Shown: positions 62,148-64,000 of the stretch, in pieces
How positions within the stretch are numbered: position 1 is the first letter of the stretch
Layout: every line of letters starts with the position of its first letter
Origin: Chiloscyllium plagiosum
Taxonomy: Eukaryota
Assembly (NCBI RefSeq): GCF_004010195.1
Contig: NC_057751.1
Location: 6,998,133 to 7,062,132 of the forward strand
Direction of reading: 5' to 3'
DNA length: 64,000 bases
Program-made: the position numbers and the translations under genes
Notes under the pieces: generated by a model
The model's input: the letters and a program-made list of their open reading frames with translations, nothing else
The model's database searches: none
What the model was told of the DNA's origin: nothing

Positions 62148-64000
62148 CTGCACCAAGCCCATAAGGTCGCTCACCACCACCTTCTCAGAGGCAACTAGAG
62201 TTGGGCTAATAAAAGCTGAATTTGCCAGTCATGAAAAATGAGCAAAAATAACTTTGAAAGCTCGATTCTGCTGTGATGAGCTGCACCTTTGTAAAATTTA
62301 CTCTTAAATTTGGTAAACAGCAAATCAACTAAACAATCAATTTCGAAGCAAGCTATGTAGCTGTGCAATATTTCTCTGCAATTTAAAGTAATCTGTTCAT
62401 CAGCTTTCTTCTTGTGTTGTATTGGTCTTGACATAAAAGCACGAAGTTCATGGTTGCAACAGTGAATTTCAATGAGTTGGCCTGATTCCTAATTCTTCAG
62501 ATTTTCAGCTTTTTCAGTGCAGTAACAGTTTAGATTATTTGTAAAATTGATAATAATTTGTTATCGACAAGAAGCTTTCCTTGGGTTGCTGTATTTTAGT
62601 GAGATTGTGAATGCACAGAAACATTTCCCTTGTTATTCTATTCTAAGTGAAATTACAGGTGCATTTGGAAAGACAATGTTATAATAAGTGACCAGAGAAA
62701 AGTTTCTGAGTTTTCACTAGCACTGTTTTATGTTTTTCTTCAGGCAATCTCTGATAAAAGAAACAATTATGACCTCGGAAATAACTGTTTCTGCCCAAAG
62801 TGATTGCATGACACAATAATACCGTTGTTGATAAGTATTGATTGTTATCATCTGTATACAACACCTGTCACTTGAATGTTTTTAATGTCCTTTTAGGTTT
62901 CTCTCTTTGCACTGTGTGACAATTTGACCTCTGAAAGGAGCAGGGCAGGTTTGAAATGTTTTGCAGCAACGCACAGCAGGACAGCTTATTGTGATGTGAC
63001 ATCTTACCAGATTTCTGTCCTTACAAGCAGCTCCTTCACCAAACAATTGCTGTTTCTGCTCCCATTGCTGACCCTGATTCCCTCCTGTTGCTCCATGCTA
63101 TGGGCATGTAGTGAGGTTGCAAAATCACCCAAAGACAAGTTGACAGTGCTGAATCATGCCCTGTCCCCTCCGTGGACCATGACACTTTGTGTGTTACTGC
63201 TCATTGTTATAAATTGTGAAAGTAGACCTTATATTTCAGGAATTGCAGGAGTATAGCACTATGCTGGGTTGACTCACACAGTTGTGATGAACAGGCTGTC
63301 GTGCTATGTTGTTACATGTTAAATCTCCAACTGCACTGAGATGACAATCTACAGCTGATCCTGATTTTTGAACTTTTAGTGGTTCAGGATCAAACTTCCA
63401 CAATTAGAATTCAGGATGGTAATCCCTCATCTCTCTGGTATTCTGCTGTGGAATGGGATGCGTCCCTGTTTCATTTAAGACTGCATGTTTATGGCTATGT
63501 TTGCACTGATACACATTGGCTAAGGTAGGCTTCTAGTCAAGAAAATAACATAGACCATTCGTGAGCATGTTGAAGTCCTGAAGCATTGAATTTCCTCCAA
63601 GAGGATATTTCTACTGCTTTGTTTTTACTTTGCTCATGGGCATGAACATCATTGACCGCCCAGCATTTATTGCCCGTCTCTAGTTGCCTTTGAGAAGGTG
63701 GTGGCGAGCTTCCTTCTTCAGCAACAATGTTCTTCGGGATGGAATTCCATGGTTTTGATCGAGCGAGGTTGAAAGAATGCTGATATATTTCCAAAGCAGA
63801 ATGGTTGACTGACATGGAGGAGAACCTTCGGGGGTGGTGTTTCCATCTGTTGTCTTTGTCCTTGATGATAGTGATCATGGGTTTGGAACTTGCTGTCTCA
63901 GGAACTTTGGTGAATTTCTGTGGTGCATCTTGTTGAATGTACACACTTCTGCTACTGAGCATCTGTGCTGGGGGTGAGTGGATATTTGTGGTTATGGTGC

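Noticed and set aside
62890..62925. Acceptor-like ttttag/GTTTCTCTC as candidate next UNC5D exon
   Set aside because: The phase-1 frame hits TGA within seven codons and lacks the expected LLIPxGAIP sequence.

Overview
Eukaryotic, repeat-rich vertebrate DNA, almost certainly from a shark. This is inferred from HE1/V-SINEs, CR1 (HER1-type) LINEs, DeuSINE fragments and shark-type Penelope elements. The window lies inside one + strand gene, a netrin receptor of the UNC5D type. Six consecutive coding exons have canonical AG/GT boundaries and compatible phases: Ig2 (18044-18224), TSP1-1 (23609-23776), TSP1-2 (30333-30497), a 33-nt mini-exon missed by the ORF track (35101-35133), the transmembrane/caspase-site exon (38632-38817) and the juxtamembrane/ZU5-start exon (44048-44422). 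I did not find the flanking exons in the window. The introns contain decayed CR1 and L2-like LINEs, a Tx1 fragment, HE1 SINEs, DeuSINE pieces, two Penelope-like (PLE) families, Tigger-like MITEs, solo-LTR-like pieces and a non-autonomous Mutator-like element with a 9-bp TSD. The most striking non-genic signal is a set of minimal hammerhead-ribozyme motifs (CTGANGA-N-stemII-GAAACGTC). They occur in both PLE families and in many 80-220 bp, often palindromic, TSD-flanked mini-elements whose breakpoints cluster at the ribozyme. Most ORFs in the supplied track are TE fragments or noise. Exon and TSD coordinates were counted base by base; other repeat boundaries are approximate.
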